A DNA stretch of 64,000 nt from Balanoglossus misakiensis (lineage: Eukaryota > Animalia > Hemichordata), in NCBI GenBank assembly GCA_040954595.2, contig CM082586.2, positions 401,123-465,122 on the forward strand, read 5' to 3'. How positions within the stretch are numbered: the first letter of the stretch is position 1; every line of letters begins with the position of its first letter. Made by a program: the position numbers and the translations under genes. The notes beneath the pieces are model-generated. The model was not told the origin of the DNA. It searched no databases and worked only from the letters and a program-made list of their open reading frames with translations. Positions 13,573 to 28,000 of this stretch are shown in pieces.

Positions 13573-13650
13573 ACACACAGACACAGACACATGCAAACAC
13601 ATATCCTGAGGCAATAACACAAAAGAAACTCTATATTTTATTATTCGCAG

Positions 13651-14657
13651 ACTCTAACGCAGTGCTCCTGTGTGATGGACAAAGAGGCTTTCGCCTACTC
13701 CACTGTCGACTTGGTTACATTTAGTTCAAAGACAAAAGAACAAGCTTCAGAAATCACAGACTCCAAGTTCATTGTCGATCAAGAAACGAGCACAGTTGCC
13801 CGGACGAAGAGCGTTGTCACCATGCCAGCTTCAATGCTTGGCAATCCTGAAGTAATTGAGTCTTGGGGTGGCGCTGCATATCAGTCACTTGAAATTGACC
13901 GCTCTGCTTTGGAGGGTATCTGTGGTCAGCAGTGCACAACTCATCTGATCGTGTTTACAATTCTGCTCTTCATCACGTCTTTCTTAAATAATATACCACA
14001 TACATCAGCTCTTGAAATATTACTCAGGTAAGTAAAACATGTGTCATAACAGTTACAGAGCAGTTCGTGTGTGCATAAACATCATCGTTATCTTTACATG
14101 TTTAAGAACTGAAAACACTGATAAAATTGCCTGCATCTACATTATATAACATGAAAATAATTCCCTCTGTCGTTTCACCATACAGAAGTATAAAGCCTGA
14201 AGACAAACCCTTTGCACTTGGAATAAAGAGTATATTCGCTCAAGTATTCGGTAAGATTTCATCGTGGTTTGTTAAGTTCACAGTTTCTGGATTCGAATAC
14301 GACTTAATCGAAATTTTATAGAATAGTCGTCATCACCATCATCACTGACAGCTTTACAATGTCTCCACAGCTTGGATACCAACACCTATCTACATTGGTA
14401 CAATTTTGGACTCGACATGTCAGATGTGGGGAAAGACTCCCTGCGGTGACAGAGGAACATGCTGGGTATACGACCTTCCTTCTTATCGCCTGAAGTACTT
14501 TTCAGTCATACTTTTCATGGCCTTTCTTAGTTTTGTCTTCTACCTGTTGACGTGGCTGACACTGAAAAGTAAAAGCGAGACAGACAGAAAGGAGAATGAG
14601 TACAAGGCAGTGGCGATGAACCCCGATGACAATTATTTGAAGCCCGCCAAAGTGTGA
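13651..14657 (+). CDS. Organic anion transporting polypeptide (OATP/SLCO family) gene A, last three exons only; upstream exons lie outside the window
   Basis: Exons 13651-14027, 14186-14250 and 14371-14657 have ag/gt boundaries in compatible phases. Motifs TQCSC..., RSIKPEDKPFALGI, WIPTPIYIGTILDSTCQMWG and CGDRGTCWVYD match the OATP C-terminal region. AATAAA at 14905. Confidence 0.92.
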
Positions 14658-17600
14658 AACTGTTTTGCTTCTGTACTAGTCTGACGAGATCTTTACGATG
14701 CTATTAACAATATACGCATATTATATAAAACCACGTATTTCATGTAATATCATATTCCACGAAGAATATTGGTATACCCTGTTTATCCAGTCGCTTTTTG
14801 ACACAACAGTTAAGGACATATATATTTCTATAGACCCTCTAATTGCTTAAATAGTCAGGTGTGAATGAACTGCTTGGATTTGAAATCCATTGATGGACAA
14901 CATAAATAAAAGTTAGGAAAAAAATTTGTGTAATTATAAGTGGTTCTCTGCCTTTATATAATATATTTTCTTATCGCTTTAAGCAGAGCGCAAGTGACGA
15001 GTTACATTCGTAAATACGACAGTAAAACCCAATGGCTCTGGTTTATTGTTGACAAAGGGAATAATGCATGGATGTACATCAACCTTTAACCTTTAAATTG
15101 TGGCTGGGTTCAAATTTAGCTTTCATCCGGGGATTCAGCCGTCATCAATCAACGATTGAATGCAGTAAAAATGGAAAAGTAAACGGGGTCATATGGATCT
15201 TCTGACAAACCAACCAGCTGCATCCAGAGTTGATGTCGCAAGAAGCTTCACATCACGGGGAGTTCGCCGCATAGACGCCAGACGCGACGCACGTAAATAC
15301 CAGTGGCCTTGTTCAAGTTGTTTTTCGTTTTGTATTAGTTCTATTCAATGCAAATATATTATCATTGATTGACACTTTCATATAACTGTCTAATCTTCTT
15401 TAACGCTTATGTAAGTGAACTGTTGCTGTGTTTAGCTCTTCTTTTTCCATTGTCCGGTGTATTATTATGCAAATAGGGCAGTGTGTAAACGCTGAGCACA
15501 GCGTCCTCAGCCAGAGCGTAACACCAGTAGCGCCGCGCGAGAAGCAAACTTCTCTCATTCCGTGTCCATTCTTGGTGAAGTCACGTCACTGCACAGTAAC
15601 TACAATTGGTCCCAACGGGGTAGGTACATTTCATTTCAAATGAACTATTTTGACGCGCATGCAAACTAGTTAAATTTGGTTTTGAAAGGAATAGAAAGCA
15701 ATCAGTCTGTCTGTTCCCTTTTGTTCTGTTTACTTAAATAAATGTAGGCATCCCCACCCAGTAATTACATGAACTAGTACTTTCTGAATATAACCACGTG
15801 GTATTAAATGACAGAGATGTGGGATTGTCAGGCAGAGTAAAAACGCTGTAGTTATTGGCGATGATACAACAGACGAGATGAGCGTTTTGGCCGACATATG
15901 TATTGTAATTTGTGCCATTGGCCCAGCATGTGAACATTGTATGGACAGTGTAACTTACAGGGCCCACTCGTTTTCCCACACACTCACGACAACGGACGAA
16001 GATGCATTGCATCGTAACTTTTACTAAATTGAAGTTGTGATCTCTCCCATTTCCGTAGTTGTATAGTCAAGCTTGTTCGTTTTGTGAGTCTTGTTCAGCT
16101 GGGGGTTGATTTATCGATCGAAACATTTTACTTGGCGTCTATTTAAACCATTTGTACATCAAAGGGGCGAGCGTAGGGTGATAGGTCATACGCACAAAGA
16201 AGAAAGCCTAGTTCATGGAGGGTCACTTTTTAGGTGTAGCCAAAGAGTTTCTCACGGTGTTTATTGTCTCGCTCACGATCATATGCGCCACAGCCTTTCA
16301 CAACCATCTCTATTCAATTGACCATCAAAACAAAACTTTGTTAGTCTGTAATGACAGGCTCTTAAACCGCCTGAGGGCGTTCTTATCCTTGGCCAGCGAC
16401 AACAATCGATATGTACCTTTCTCTGACTTCGCACATTCAACGGGTGGAGAAAATTTTAAAGCTTTCAGGGCGCAGAAGGTGAAAAACTTTCAGATGATCA
16501 ATCACAGCATGAAGTCTTCATAATTTGGAGTGCTTTGTCAGCTTGAAGCCGTAAACATTGAACAAAACACAGAGAAACCGTCATGTCAATTATGCAACGG
16601 TCGACAGATAAAACAATGAGCGAAATGCGGATGAACGCTATAGCTACAGGTGTGATTAAAGACAAATACATGTGTAATGCAACTGCGGATGCATCCGTGC
16701 AGTTATTCGCAAATGACTTTCAAAGACGTTCACAAGTTAAGTGGACATGGTTGCAAGTGACTGAAAGGTGAATCAATGTCGTAACCCTTAATTTACATAT
16801 CAATGGAATCCCAGACTTCTTTAGCACTCACAAAATAACAGGGTGTAAATGCTGGGGTATAGAAAACCATGTATCACGTGATTATAGCAGGTCGCGACCT
16901 GTAGAGTGTTCAATAACATGTTTACATTACTTTGTCGCTTACTTTCAGTTGTGAGAACTTAAATCCATAGGGGTCGACCATTTGATATATTGAAGGGGAC
17001 TAGAGTAATAAAATACTCGTTGTCACCAAAATATGAAATGAAATGTTTGCCTTTGCAGTACAACGGGAAAAGGCTTGTTGCCAGGGAAATTGAATATATT
17101 GGCTTCAGTGGTATATTGAGTTGCGAGCCGTTTTGCGATCATTCGTGGCAAAGAAACATGTTATGATATGTCACGTGCGCCAAAAGTTTTCTCAGTGCCA
17201 GCAATTTTGTTCTTATGACATTGACGTCATCACTGTCACGCAAACAGTCAATAGTGCACGTTATTCTTCCCCTTGCTTATGACGTCACACACAAAAACTA
17301 TACACAGTGCGCTTGAGACCACGTGGTATACATCATAATACGCGCGAGTACTAGTATATTATAGGTCAATAACCGAGTCAGAGAAACAAGTTCAAGGACA
17401 ACTATGTTTTTCTGAAGTAACAAAGGACACTAAACGATGCTATGATTCAAATATTAATGTGTAGATTACCTATACAGTATAATATGAATATATTTAATAA
17501 ATTTGATATTTGTGTGTTCATGTTAAAAAATTCCCTCACTTTAATTTCAGTGTCTCGATAACGGATTCGTTGTGTGTGCTAATTATATTTGTGCTTCAGA

Positions 17601-18222
17601 ATGCAATCGATAAAACCATCAGAAAGATGAATATATTTTCAGAAACACATATTTAGGTCACTTGGCATGGCCATTGTATGTGCAGCAATGATAGGCTCTG
17701 TTTCATTACATATCCTTAAATAACAGGATTCGTCCATAAATCCTCTGATGACCCAAATCGATTGTAAGCTTCTATATCTGGAGACTTGATGAAAACCTAA
17801 TCAAGAAAGACTTAACGTTAATTAGCTTACTCCCAGTCATCAAGGTATATTTAAAATGTAATGACTTCTGAAAACATTATTAAAATTGCATGAGGGAAAA
17901 GCGGTAATAAGTTTTCAATGATATTGAAATTAAAATGGTAATTGAGAAATAGGAGCAAACGACGGAAAGACAGACATTTTACTGACTGATTTTGATCAAC
18001 TTGATATACACATGAAACTTGATATTATAGGAATATAAATAAAGTTTACAGAAGCTAGAAGCTATCATCCAACTTGCACGATAATTCAAACAGCACTCCG
18101 CAGTTTAAACACAATCTATTTGCCATCACTTAAAAGGAAAACACAAAGTTGATCGAAAATTGATTGTCCACTCAAGCGGTTTGTGGCATTACACGTTTGT
18201 ACATTTGGTGAGCCAAATGTAT

Positions 18223-18292
18223 GTCTCTCTCTCTCTCTCCCCTCCCCCCTCTCTCTCTCCCTCCTTCTCCTTCTTTCTTTTATCTCTCCCTC
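18223..18292. repeat. CT-rich polypyrimidine / microsatellite tract
   Basis: gtctctctctctctctcccctcccccctctctctctccctccttctcc... Confidence 0.7.
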
Positions 18293-19046
18293 GTTGCAAA
18301 CTCATGGCTAATCCGACGTAAAGACGCCCACACTGTTCATGCATGCGGTTACTTGCCTGTGGCAGCGATGTCTAATAATAAATTGATATTGAAGGTCGAG
18401 CAGTCATCGATCATCGTGATAATGTCTAACGTTTTCATCAGCCTTCCATTATTTTTCTTCGTCAATTTTATAGTTATTCTCCCCTTGATCTTTCGCACAT
18501 ATTCTAATTCACAAAGTATTTAATCAATTATTCATAGAGGACACTGTGCAAAAGGAATAAAATTATGTTTTTCACCAGATAAATTACGTAAGATCTCAAG
18601 TTGTTTGACGATGAACGTTTAATGAAGGATCTTCGTGAGCAATTGTAATAAAACACGTAGCATCTTGTCTGATATTGTTTTTTAATTTAAGAGTAAGGGG
18701 ATTAATTTACTAAGACAGCACAATATGCAACCTTCACATTTATTGTTCATTCAAAATTATACTTTCACCATTGTCTTTCTAAATGTTCACAGACAAAAGC
18801 ATATCATGTCTTACATATTTTTCATTTTGTTTTCTTCGTAGACTCGAAGACAAGTCGTTAAGAAGATGCGCGCACGATAAGTATATCGTCATAGCAACGG
18901 GTTTAGCGATTGGTTCTCCACTATATCGTAATTAAAAACTGTCCGCTGGTTTTGTGTCGATATTCGTTTTTGAGTCTTCTTCGGGAAGAGTAGACTTTTG
19001 ATCAGAGCCGTCGATGTTTATTGGATAAAAAACGTGTGCTGTTGAG

Positions 19047-22000
19047 ATGTCGGTATCTAGCTCAGACAGTAGTTGCGACCTCGATGAATATTATGCTAAT
19101 CGCACAAGTAAAAGTAGCCCAGATATTAGCTCGCTCAGCAGTGCTGGCTCATTGTCTGATCACGTGACAGGTTATTATCATCATAGTGGGAGCTCGTCCA
19201 GAACAGGAAGTAGGGGAACACTTGACGATACAGAACAGGGGGTGGAGCCTTTGGAAACGTCCCCTCTTTTCTCATTGACACCCGACAGAAGTTTAAGCGA
19301 TGTCAGATTGACTGATTCCCCCTCCCCCTCCAATGATTCTGCAAAGAGGCGTTCGTATCCGACGAGTGAAAACGTTTTGTCAGAGGAAGGGAACAGTGGC
19401 TGCGCAGGCGCCTTACCCTGTCTGCGCGATGTTCAACCAGTGTCGGAGTCAACATTCAGCAGTCCCTCGAGATCGGGTCTATCGAGAGCCAGTGAGAGTC
19501 GACCGAGCATAAACGGTTCACAGCATAGTGTGCATTCCCAGGGAGTGGAAAGAGAAAGTCGTTCGCCGTCCGCGTCGGGCTCAGCGAACGCACTGCAGGA
19601 CAATATGGAAAGCACGCGCGCACCGATACCGCAATCTGAGGTTGACATGGAAACCAGCAACGAAGCAGGCGGATTGTCGCGTCTTGAGCCCGAGGGCAGG
19701 CATAGTTCTTCGCATGATAGTTTAACGCACCAAAACGGTAGTGTACCCAGCCTAAATCGTGCAGGTGTTTCAGGAAGTAGGTCCAGCCTCAGCCAGGACA
19801 AGAAAGAAGAGAAAACCGCAGCAGAAAACAAAAGCAACAGCAGTAGGGAAAACATAACAGCAATGGGTGTAACAGGTGATGATGGCAACATAGAGAAAGA
19901 TCAAGACGACCAACAGAGACCGAAATCCAATGTGATTGTTCACATCAATGATGGTAGCAATGATTCTGATGATATGGGTACTGATCACAAATGCGGTTTA
20001 TGCTGTTGTACATGTGGGTGTGTACAGAGGCTGGCCAATTCCAAATATTTCCTCTTCATGGTCTGTACTCTGTTGCTTCTGCAAACTTATCTGGCGGGGT
20101 TCATGGCGAGTATGATCACCACAATCGAGCGGCGATTTGATCTCTTCACCACTGAAGTGGGAATTCTGGCCAGCATGTACGAAGTCGGAAGTTTGGTCGC
20201 CGTCGTCGTCGTTTCGTTCTGGGGCGGCAAGTCTAGTAGTCATCGACCGAAGTGGATCGCCGTTGGTGCATTCTTCATCGTTGCCGGCTGCGCGGTGACT
20301 GTCTTGCCGCAGTTCCTCAGCGATCCTTACGACCCGTACGGCTATGACGGCTACGATGCATCTATCGACATCTACAAGATGAACTACCGGGAAAGACTTT
20401 GCAATGCGTCCGCTGAAGCGCCGCAGTTCGACCGATGCGATTCCGATTCGCCGATGTTGTTTGGAAAGAAGGATATGATTTTCTATTTCTACCTGATGCT
20501 GGCCCTTGGACAGCTACTTGTTGGAATGGGATCAACTCCTGTGATAACGCTAGGCGTTGCTTACATCGATGACAATATTTCTAGCAGAGCCGCTCCATTG
20601 TACATCAGTAAGTTGAACACATTTGTAATTATCTGTATTCAGTCTTGAAGGTCGCTCATCTTTTCTTCTTCTTGAATTCTCAGCCAAGCAATCTCCTTCG
20701 CGCGGGGCACAGACATTTTAGCGTGCATAGAAACCGCAACCTCTGAACCGCCGGGAATTCTTAATATTTGTTGAGCATTTCTATAAACATTACGAACGAG
20801 AGATATTTTCGGTCTGTCGCATGTAGCTAATCAGTTCACGCTGTGACATCAATTAAGGAATAATTATGAACGGTCCACAATCGTTCAAAATAAATACTGC
20901 GGGGTTTCATAATTTATCTAAACCTCTCTCGTTGTCATTAGCATGACAGTGATCGCTCCTCTTCTGAAAACATTGAACTTCGAGGGCATTAATTTCAGGT
21001 CATTTGATGAAGCGATATAACTATTCGCGCCTGGGGAAACGTTGATCGATTTTTAAGTTTTATTTAAAGTCTGTGGAACTTTATCGTAGTATGCGAAGTA
21101 TAAATATATGGATATGAATTTCAACAGATTTGCCAAGCTATTATGCTTATTGGAGAAGTAAACAGTTATAGTTTTTATAATCTCATGAATACAATATTTC
21201 CAACATAATTTTATACTACTTTTAATAGACCACACAATGATAGCGAAGTTATTTATTCTCAAAGTTTGTTCACGAGGTTTTCGTAAATAATGAACGTTTG
21301 ATCGACATCATTATGTTCTAACTTAAACACGCAACATTTTATGACCATGTCATACAAACACGTCGTGAAGGTCAAAGCCATCCATTTAATACTCTACTAC
21401 ATATCGAGTTTCTAATGCATTGATATTTAATAAAATAATCTCAAAGTATAATTTGATATTTTATTGCAATAAAATAGGCCACAGTCCTCAATGCTAGTGA
21501 CGTACAATTTACTGGGATTTTGGTTTCATGCAGCAATAATATCTTTGCAGTCGCGGCGGGGAATCATTCTGTCGGACCTGACACCCTTCGTCTCCAAATA
21601 CCGACAATAACTTTCCCGCGCATAATCATTTGTGTGGCAATTTAAGGCGTAGGCATTTGTACGAGCAAAGCCAGCTATTTTTACAGACGAAAAATACGTA
21701 ATGGTATAGCTAAAATAAAAATAAAACCATCACGGAAAATATAAAGGTTGGGGTGTTATAAGCTTATTGGGCGAATCAAACAGTTGAGACTTTTCGAAGA
21801 ACGTATTAAGATAGAATGATCAATATTATCTACACAGTGAATACAAAATCTGGATCAAACATAAAAATGTGAAAGTATACGCAACTAGGCAGTCAACAAA
21901 TGTCCTCATTAGGGTTTCAAAAAGTGGATAAAATACAGATAGATCAATTTGGCGCAAATTAACAAAAGAATTGCCACCATCGCTCGCCCAAGGAATATGC

Positions 22001-25000
22001 TTCTTTTCGTCAACCAGCATATGGCGAGTCTTTCTAGCGCATGTTTGTATTTATGTAAATATATCGACGAATTTGTAATAATGTGAAATCATGACCACCT
22101 AAGCTGATCTGTATTAGTCATGATAGGAAAATAGGGCGCGGCGGAAGAGAGATAATAACAGATGAATAGGAATTGATGAGAATCTAAAATTCGTTTGAAG
22201 GAGGGCGATATTTTTGTTGGCAGTGATGTTGGAGGTACGCGATTCCTCTTGAATAGAAAAATGGTAGAATCAACACGTGGGACTTTCTTCGGGTTGTTTC
22301 GCATTGAAATGATATGTACAGCAATACATTCAAAGAAATACGATGTTCAGTAACTTAGGTGTGCCTTTCAGACATAGCGGTGTTTTGCCAAGTAGCTTTG
22401 CCGTATAATGCGTGTACATGCACGCACCGAATAGAACCTTGTATCGTTTCTCTGATATTGCGTCTCTTTGTGTATTTCCCAAGAGAACCCCACAGTCATT
22501 GAAAATAAGACATGTTTACTCGTCCAACAGACCCCACGCTCTGTCTCGAAGACAATGGTCGGTCCTGAATACTGCTGTTTCGAACCATCACTGTTTCTTT
22601 GCCGAATGCAGAGGAAAACGTACTAGACAGACATGATTTATGAAGATTTTTCACCCTTCTTTCGCTGTTGCTAAGTATTATAAACCAAATTACGGCACTT
22701 TAAAATTACTTAAATATAATGCAACAACAAAGCCGTGTGGTTTCACCCTTTTCAACCATGCTGTGAAAGACTTGATGTTCGAACATATATTACCTAAGGC
22801 GCGTTGTTATATAGTGATGTTCCGTGGAACCAAAAATTTAGGTTATCCCTCACAATATTTAATAATTTTGATGTACTGATATAACATCAAATTTCATTCC
22901 ACGGATCATCATTTTCACGAGTCCAGGTCACCTGTGTCAATTCACTTATTAAACTCCGCCACAATAAAATGGAGATTGCTGGGCATGTTTTTTTATTACG
23001 ACGTTGTATGAATTATGAATCAATATTCTGCCCTGACAAGACGCAGTATTTTGATGTACTGAAACAACATTCTCGTTTTATGGATACAACCATGATTAAA
23101 ATGTAATTGCCACGTGTACGGGTCATCTGTGTCAATTGAGTTATTAACCCTTTCACCACCATGGTTCAGTCCAAACCCATTGTTTTCTATGGTTAGGTTG
23201 GACCTCTAAAATGGAACTAGGGGGTGAAAGGGTTAAACGTTATTAAATCTGCTAAACCAAAGATGTATCTATAGAATAACCATGACAACCGTCTTAGAAA
23301 ATCCTTCAAGGCGAGATGTTGCTGAAAGCAGGTTATATGGCTTTCTAAGTGGGATCTACTCTGATGGTGTTGTTTGCTTTGAGTAGAATTAAGTCATTTG
23401 CACTTGAAATAAATCAACATGGGTGGAAATCGATGAAATCATATTTTATTGCTGGTAAAACATGGAGAGGGAGAATATAGATGTAGAGCTAAATTTAATT
23501 TGAGTTCTTGTTATACATTTAGAAACGTAGGGCACCTGTTAAACTTTTAGACAAGTCTGGCCCCTTTACCATTTAATGTTTCTGATCTCAAAAATCTTTC
23601 CATATTCAGTGGCATCATACTGAGTACTGAGGAACCTTCAGGCAAAATACAGACAAATTAGTCTGTAATGTGAGCAATCTGTTTGGCTGATCACACAAGA
23701 TTATCGCGTCGTTAAGTTAAATGTGCATGTACTTCAACACTTTCATAGAGTCAGGTTAACTTTCTATTTGAAGTAATTAATGAGCAGCTGAGCTGAAGTT
23801 GTGACGGACTGAATCAGATTGTGCACAACACACACCATAGGATAAATATAAGATTTTTATCTCAGCTAGAGATTTCGGTGACCAACATTGTCCTAGTGAG
23901 GTTTCGTGCAAATTTCTGGCAGCATTTGCCCTGTCTTTTAGTACTACCTATCGCGTGACACATGTAGAATGCAAAAGTCACAAAGTCTCCTTGGTTAAAT
24001 GACCTTGAGGGAAACATCAAATCGTTTGTCTCCCGTTGATATTGGCTTTGCTGTTAGGTGCGAGAGTTTTCTCCTTTCGTATTCTGTGAAAACCGACGCC
24101 CAGCGACGGAAACTAATCTTCTTGAGAGTCTCCCCTCTATCATGTGCTCCATAAATCACTTGTCCTTGACAGATTTCGATTTTCTCGTCTCTCTAAAGAG
24201 CTTCCTGACCGATGGGTTGATGATGTATTGCAAAGAGCTTCTCGTCCAGTCACAAATGCAGGCATAGACAGTGGATGCTCATAGTCTAGGCGAGATCACA
24301 AATGTGTGTACGTGCTGTATTTTACTACAACAATTGAAACGTTCATATTTTCGCGTCAAATTACATCTATATTTAAAATAGCAAAATTGACTTCATACAC
24401 CTTGACAGCTTCTCATTCGGTTTCATTGAAAAAGTCCAATCATTTTCTGAAATGATTGCCACACTGACAGAATGTTCATCTCTTCTAATGAAACATTAGC
24501 TAATTACATATTCCCTTCTATCGTTAATTGTTTTCAAAACTGAAGAGTATCTTCGATAGATCGTTTAGGTTTTTAGACGGAAATGATAAAGCCGTGAGAT
24601 TATAAAAACCCGGAATTAGACTTTTCTCTTGCTTGACTTTTCCACGTTTCATTTAATCGCGGAAATTACTGTTGCAGCGACAAGTCGATCGTGTATAACT
24701 GTCACGTCGGATCTATGATTAATGGTTGGCACCGACTCTTTTAATCATTGAATCCAGGCCTAGTAAAAACTCTGCACTGAATGTGTGTTTTTTGCATTGC
24801 CTGCCATACGTTTGTGCTGTCAGTATGTGTTCAATTATACATACAAGTGCATAACGCATGGTGTAATGGAAGACAAGTGTAATATAGTTTCACTGTTCCT
24901 TTCTTTGTTGTCATATTCTAGGACATGATTTTTTTCTTTTAGCAAATCCAGTGCCTATTCGATTTTATCCAATATTCGCTGTTTACGACCAAGCCCATAA

Positions 25001-28000
25001 TTATGCAGATCATCTCTCTTTGTCATACAGGCTTCTAATCATTTCAGTGCTTCATATTTTATTCTCTAGGCACGTCTATCAGACCACTGAGAAAATTAAT
25101 GCATGTGTCACTTTTCAACTTGGCTGACATTTAAATCCCATGCATGCATCAATCACTTGACGTAACGATGATGGCGATCACGAGACAATATTAAGAACTA
25201 CTAGACCGGGCAATCGAAGCTTTCGTAATGCTCAGCGGAAATATTAGCGTAATCATACCTGTTCTCGTTACTCCTTTTGACCTTTGCCTTGCCCTAATTT
25301 ACATGAAGTGACCTTGAGTGTTAACGGATTGACGAATAACATATTTCATTATTCTGCTTATGAAAACAGGTGGTTTACAATCTATGATTTTTTTCAGAAT
25401 TAAACAATGAAAATACATGCGAAGAGGATCTTGTAGATGAATTATCAAAAATTCAAAAAATAATTTCAAAACTATCTTATAAATGGATACGGTTCATGCA
25501 GATGTTAACGAACAAATATGTGACGTCATCGAAATGCAAATAATAAATTCTGATAACGGTTGTAAGCCTGATAGCATATGATAATCATGGAGAAGAAAGG
25601 ATGGGAAGGGTTCTTTGTGTCAGAGACATTATGACATACAATGCTAGATTCACAACGCTCATATCTGTGTCAAAATTAACACGAACAGCTGGGATCTACA
25701 TTTAGAGGAATCATCTCAGCCCGCTTTATGTGTTTGTTATCTACACGGAAAAGCGTGGATGACATTGAATGTAACACACAAAGAAATGATAAAATGAACA
25801 TATTCCTGACGAATAGTCGATGAAATTGCCTGGGCGCATGGTCAACTCCCATGAGACTGCCGGATTCATTCCTGCAGGTTGGATATGCATGGGATGCGAT
25901 CGTGGGATTGTGATTAGCGAAGAATAGCCTTCGTCCTTATCGAGGAGAATCAGTTGATTCTGTCTTACTCTTCTTTGTGTCAAGGGAAAAGATTCACACA
26001 CAGAAAAAAACGTTCATCTGAGAATATGACCTCGATTTGACCTTCGCTTGTTACATTTCAATAACTTAGATTCAATCGAATTTCGCAATCTTTTTTAAGC
26101 TTTTTTCCAAAATATTTTTATCACTGCCTTTGTGACCCTTTTGATCACTTCAAACATTTTGACAGCATTATTATTCCCTTGGAAATAAGATATTTTCCAT
26201 TTTTACACAAAGCCCGGAAACCACATCTTTGGACACACCCTGCTTTGTTTAAATCAACCATGAAATAAAACTCGCGTGTATTATTCACAAGTAAAAGGGA
26301 AAGCGACGATTTCTGAAATATGATAACATCCGGGCACTTTCCTCGTCATTTCTCACCCCCACTATGGGGTCCTTTTCGATGCAATATTATAATTTAGAAC
26401 AATCCGCGGGCAGAATTCAATACAAAAGAGTCTGTATTCATCAGTCATAACATCAATAAACACGTATCCGATAATCTATATTTAGCCCTAGAGTTATGTT
26501 CAGTTGGAATATTTTATATTGAAACCGTATTCAAAAATCGATATTATGCCAAATGACTTACACAATATGTGATTAAATTAATATTTATTCTTGTTCGTCT
26601 TGTTATGAGGTGCCTTGCTGTGAAACATTTATTAAAGCGCGATGCTACCTGTCTTGCAAGGCCGGGCAACACAGTGATAATTACCCTGGGAGTTATCAGT
26701 CATTTTGCCACAAAAGTGCCTTGTAGGCTACTTTAGGCGATTCGAATGTTCTGTTTATCACAAACTAAGAGCGGCGGGGAATAACATGCAAAGCCTGCAA
26801 TCAGTGGGCATGGCTGTTTTTGCTTGTAAATATTTTTTCGGTTTGACAGCTGTTCCAGGCTGGTGCACATCAGTGGCCTTTGACCCCCATGATGTCGTCG
26901 GTCAATCAACATGTACGTATGCAATCATGCAAAACAATACTTTTGAACGCCTAATGTCTGCAAAATCTCGCGTGGATACGCGAGAATGTGTTTAGCAAAA
27001 CCGACTGCATGAGGTTGTTTTGGCAATATATGTTTTACGTGTTAGCATTGATCTCACAGTAAAGGCACTTGTTGATCAAATGATGTGTTCATTATCTGCG
27101 CTATTGGACATAAAAATAAACTGTTGTGGTTTATTTACTACTCTGAGCATTTTCAAAGTATTATTCAAAGGATTGTTGCGTGTTCAGTTTAAGAATGTCA
27201 GACATAAAACGACAAGCTGAACGCCCGAGGTGTTCTGTTTGTGTCGCATTGTATCAAGTTTCTCCGCACGATTTCACATAAGTATACCGCTGACATATGT
27301 CCAGTGACCTAGCCGTGCCAAGAATACTTCACCCCTGAAGGTCGTTCCTAGTGTTTTAGTCTCGACATGCTTACATAACATAGTGGCATTACATCCGAGG
27401 TCATGCGGATTTTCAGGCCTTTCTCAGTTGTTTTTTTCTTGAAAGTTGTAACGCACCGGCAAACGACAAAATTGAACTTTTATTAATTTCACTTAAATGA
27501 AATTATTCACTTATAAATGGATTTTTTGCCGTGTTTAAATACCCAGTATCCATGCAGTCAGTATAGCCTTAACGTGTAAGGACTAATGCTATAATTTATT
27601 GTTTACAAGTAAATTCAAGTCCGGACTTTTACATAGCACCAACACAGAGAGAGAAAAGGTCGGCGAACGTTACAGCTATTGGAATTTGAATGAACTCGTC
27701 TCGTCTCGTCTATCTCAAAAGAACAGCTGTCCGAAAATCTAGACGAGTTCCTTCAAACGATCCGTGTTCGACTATTAACAGTTCCGTTTGAAAGCACTGG
27801 TGGAATTATCAAATAAATCACGAAAACACGTCTCGAGAGGAGTACTAAGGCGAAATGCTTGTACCAAGAACTTAATTTAATCACTCAACAACCGATGGCT
27901 GAAATTGAAGCTGAAATGTATTTCCACTTTGGGTTAGTCATGTTTTGTTCCTTGAAAGAAATGTACTCTTTTGTTCAGGCAGAAGAGAACAAATTGGCAA

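Noticed and set aside
15240-15416. Possible non-coding first exon of SLCO gene B (donor gtaagt at 15411)
   Set aside because: Plausible given the acceptor at 18841, but a lone donor motif is insufficient without transcript data.
19433-19891. Antisense ORFs over SLCO and CYP exons (also 34925-35365 and 43551-43877)
   Set aside because: They are shadow frames of real coding exons.
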